54,743 bases of DNA, taken from Patescibacteria group bacterium (lineage in GTDB: Bacteria; Patescibacteriota; Microgenomatia; UBA1400; CG1-02-47-37). The position numbers and the translations under genes were made by a program. The stretch is taken from contig DATEUG010000011.1 of NCBI GenBank assembly GCA_035283225.1, positions 1 through 54,743 of the forward strand, given 5' to 3'. The stretch's first letter is position 1; the number at the start of each line of letters is the position of its first letter. The notes under the pieces are model-generated. The model was not told where the DNA came from, did not search any database, and was given only the letters and a program-made list of their open reading frames with translations. This document shows, piece by piece, positions 54,151 through 54,743 of this stretch.

Positions 54151-54743
54151 ATGCTGAAATGGTTATCCCGGCTTAGTTGGAAAAAAATTACCGCCGTTTC
54201 CGGTTTGGCTTTGGCTTTGGCGGTACTGCCTTTAATCAGAAACGCTGCCGTAAACCCCACCCGCACCCGATCAGAGGCGGCCCTGCTGCCCCAGCCCCAA
54301 CCGATCAGCAAAGAGTTTGTCACCCCTGAAGGACCGCCGCAAATTTATCTGGTGGATCATTTTTTCGGCAAGGTCGGTGACGCCGTTTTAATTCATGGCG
54401 CTAACCTAGGCGGACTCCATCCGCAATCTTTAGTCTTTCTTAACGGAGTGGCTTTAAGCACCAGCGATTTAGTCAGCTGGACCAGCGACTACATTGAATT
54501 TAAAGTGCCCCAAAATGCTTCTTCCGGTTCGGTCGCCGTTTCAATTCTGGGTCAGCCAGCCGCTTGGGCCGGAACTTTCTTTGTCACCAACGATACCACT
54601 GAAGCTGAGTTACGGTTAGTCGGCGCTAACAACCAAGCCGAACTGACCGCTCAAAACATCAGCGGCGGCAATCAACTGTTGATTTGGCTTTTGGTAATTA
54701 GCGGCGAAGGCAACTTAATTATTTCCAGCAATGTCGCTGCCCC
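54151..54743 (+). CDS. Secreted IPT/TIG-domain protein (3' end outside window)
   Basis: ATG 54151 and a signal/anchor (ITAVSGLALALAVLPL). GDAVLIHGANLG...VFLNGV...IEFKVPQNASSGSVAVS is an IPT/TIG pattern. The frame is open to the end of the window and is absent from the ORF track because there is no stop. Confidence 0.6.
   Translation, partial: MLKWLSRLSWKKITAVSGLALALAVLPLIRNAAVNPTRTRSEAALLPQPQPISKEFVTPEGPPQIYLVDHFFGKVGDAVLIHGANLGGLHPQSLVFLNGVALSTSDLVSWTSDYIEFKVPQNASSGSVAVSILGQPAAWAGTFFVTNDTTEAELRLVGANNQAELTAQNISGGNQLLIWLLVISGEGNLIISSNVAA

Noticed and set aside
1-54743. Alternative genetic code (UGA recoding, as in some CPR lineages)
   Set aside because: RF2 is encoded at 8667-9653. Many well-delimited genes end in TGA at expected lengths, such as galE at 14943-14945. 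No conserved gene is interrupted by an in-frame TGA.

Overview
This 54.7-kb window is gene-dense: about 68 CDS, one tRNA and no rRNA or CRISPR array. The gene content fits a reduced-genome, CPR/Patescibacteria-like bacterium, which is an inference from that content and was not searched. The supporting observations are an archaeal-type TIM, a bacterial Elp3, an AspRS lacking the GAD domain, a membrane-anchored Clp-like ATPase and many small membrane-anchored hypothetical proteins. The standard genetic code applies, since RF2 is encoded and TGA terminates genes. Housekeeping genes dominate: secA (partial), prfB, ftsEX, galE, yidC, lon, dtd, tpiA, thiI, greA, folA-thyA, gltX, aspS, recJ, cca, secDF and rdgB. 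The most unusual content is a REP/RAYT-like arrangement. An AT-rich IS200-type Y1 (HUH) transposase gene at 46846-47535 is tightly bracketed by two identical 22-nt hairpin repeats. A third identical copy and one degenerate copy bracket a separate AT-rich 1.1-kb islet (14923-16102). That islet holds a basic protein of unknown family, a decayed methyltransferase pseudogene and a 50-aa ORF. Other notable points follow.
- A divergent Elp3 / Trm9-like methyltransferase pair has back-to-back start codons (CATATG).
- The FtsEX-linked coiled-coil M23 peptidase has catalytic half-domains that appear circularly permuted.
- A second dispersed about 23-nt repeat family sits in frame inside unrelated genes.
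- Consensus -10 boxes lie 6-10 nt upstream of start codons, implying leaderless mRNAs, and convergent genes almost always overlap.
- A RelE/Phd toxin-antitoxin module has a perfect palindromic operator.
All functional calls rest on motif recognition by eye. No database search was run.
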